From: Paraspadella gotoi
Lineage: Eukaryota > Animalia > Chaetognatha
NCBI GenBank assembly: GCA_051294375.1
Contig: CM119268.1
Span: forward strand, 15,280,172 to 15,344,171
DNA length: 64,000 bases
Direction: 5' to 3'
Shown here: in pieces, positions 63,863 to 64,000 of the stretch
How the letters are laid out: each line of letters starts with the position of its first letter
How positions within the stretch are numbered: position 1 is the stretch's first letter
Program-made: the position numbers and the translations under genes
The notes under the pieces: generated by a model
Database searches by the model: none
What the model saw: the letters and a program-made list of their open reading frames with translations, nothing else
What the model was told of the DNA's origin: nothing

Positions 63863-64000
63863 ATATCATTAGAAAATTCATTCCAACGACAAAACTTAAG
63901 ATCAAAAATTAAATTATTTATTATTCTTTCTGTCTCCGTCTCTTTGTCTGTTCTTTATAACTTACCCTGTCTCTATCTATCAAAGAAGTCATCCAACCCC

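Noticed and set aside
1-64000. tRNA, rRNA, snRNA or miRNA genes
   Set aside because: No recognisable conserved RNA-gene sequence was seen by eye; a covariance-model search (Infernal/Rfam, tRNAscan-SE) would be needed to exclude them.

Overview
Eukaryotic (animal-like) genomic DNA from a draft, gap-filled assembly. It is rich in (GA)n, (GAAA)n and (GAC)n microsatellites, has CpG-rich islands and contains ten N gaps. Only one protein-coding gene is well supported: a 5-exon + strand gene (351-2195, 368 aa by manual splicing). It joins SMCP/SPRR-like CCPPKP repeats and a His/Asp tract to a C-terminal FAM166/CIMIP2-type (DUF2475, PYG) microtubule-inner-protein motif. A 5.3-kb minus-strand non-LTR retrotransposon (6011-11327) has a CCHC-knuckle ORF1, an APE-RT ORF2, a 10-bp TSD and a repeat tail, and sits at the edge of a (GA)n tract. 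About half of the window is a ~15-kb block present twice in tandem (17166-32090 and 32091-~48600). The second copy looks like error-rich long-read sequence, ends at a 25-N gap and carries a 680-bp extra segment. The right end holds tandem arrays (65, 77, ~38 and ~325 bp units) and Helitron-like relics. No prokaryotic genes, CRISPR arrays, rRNA or tRNA were seen. Most entries in the ORF track are microsatellite or gap artefacts.
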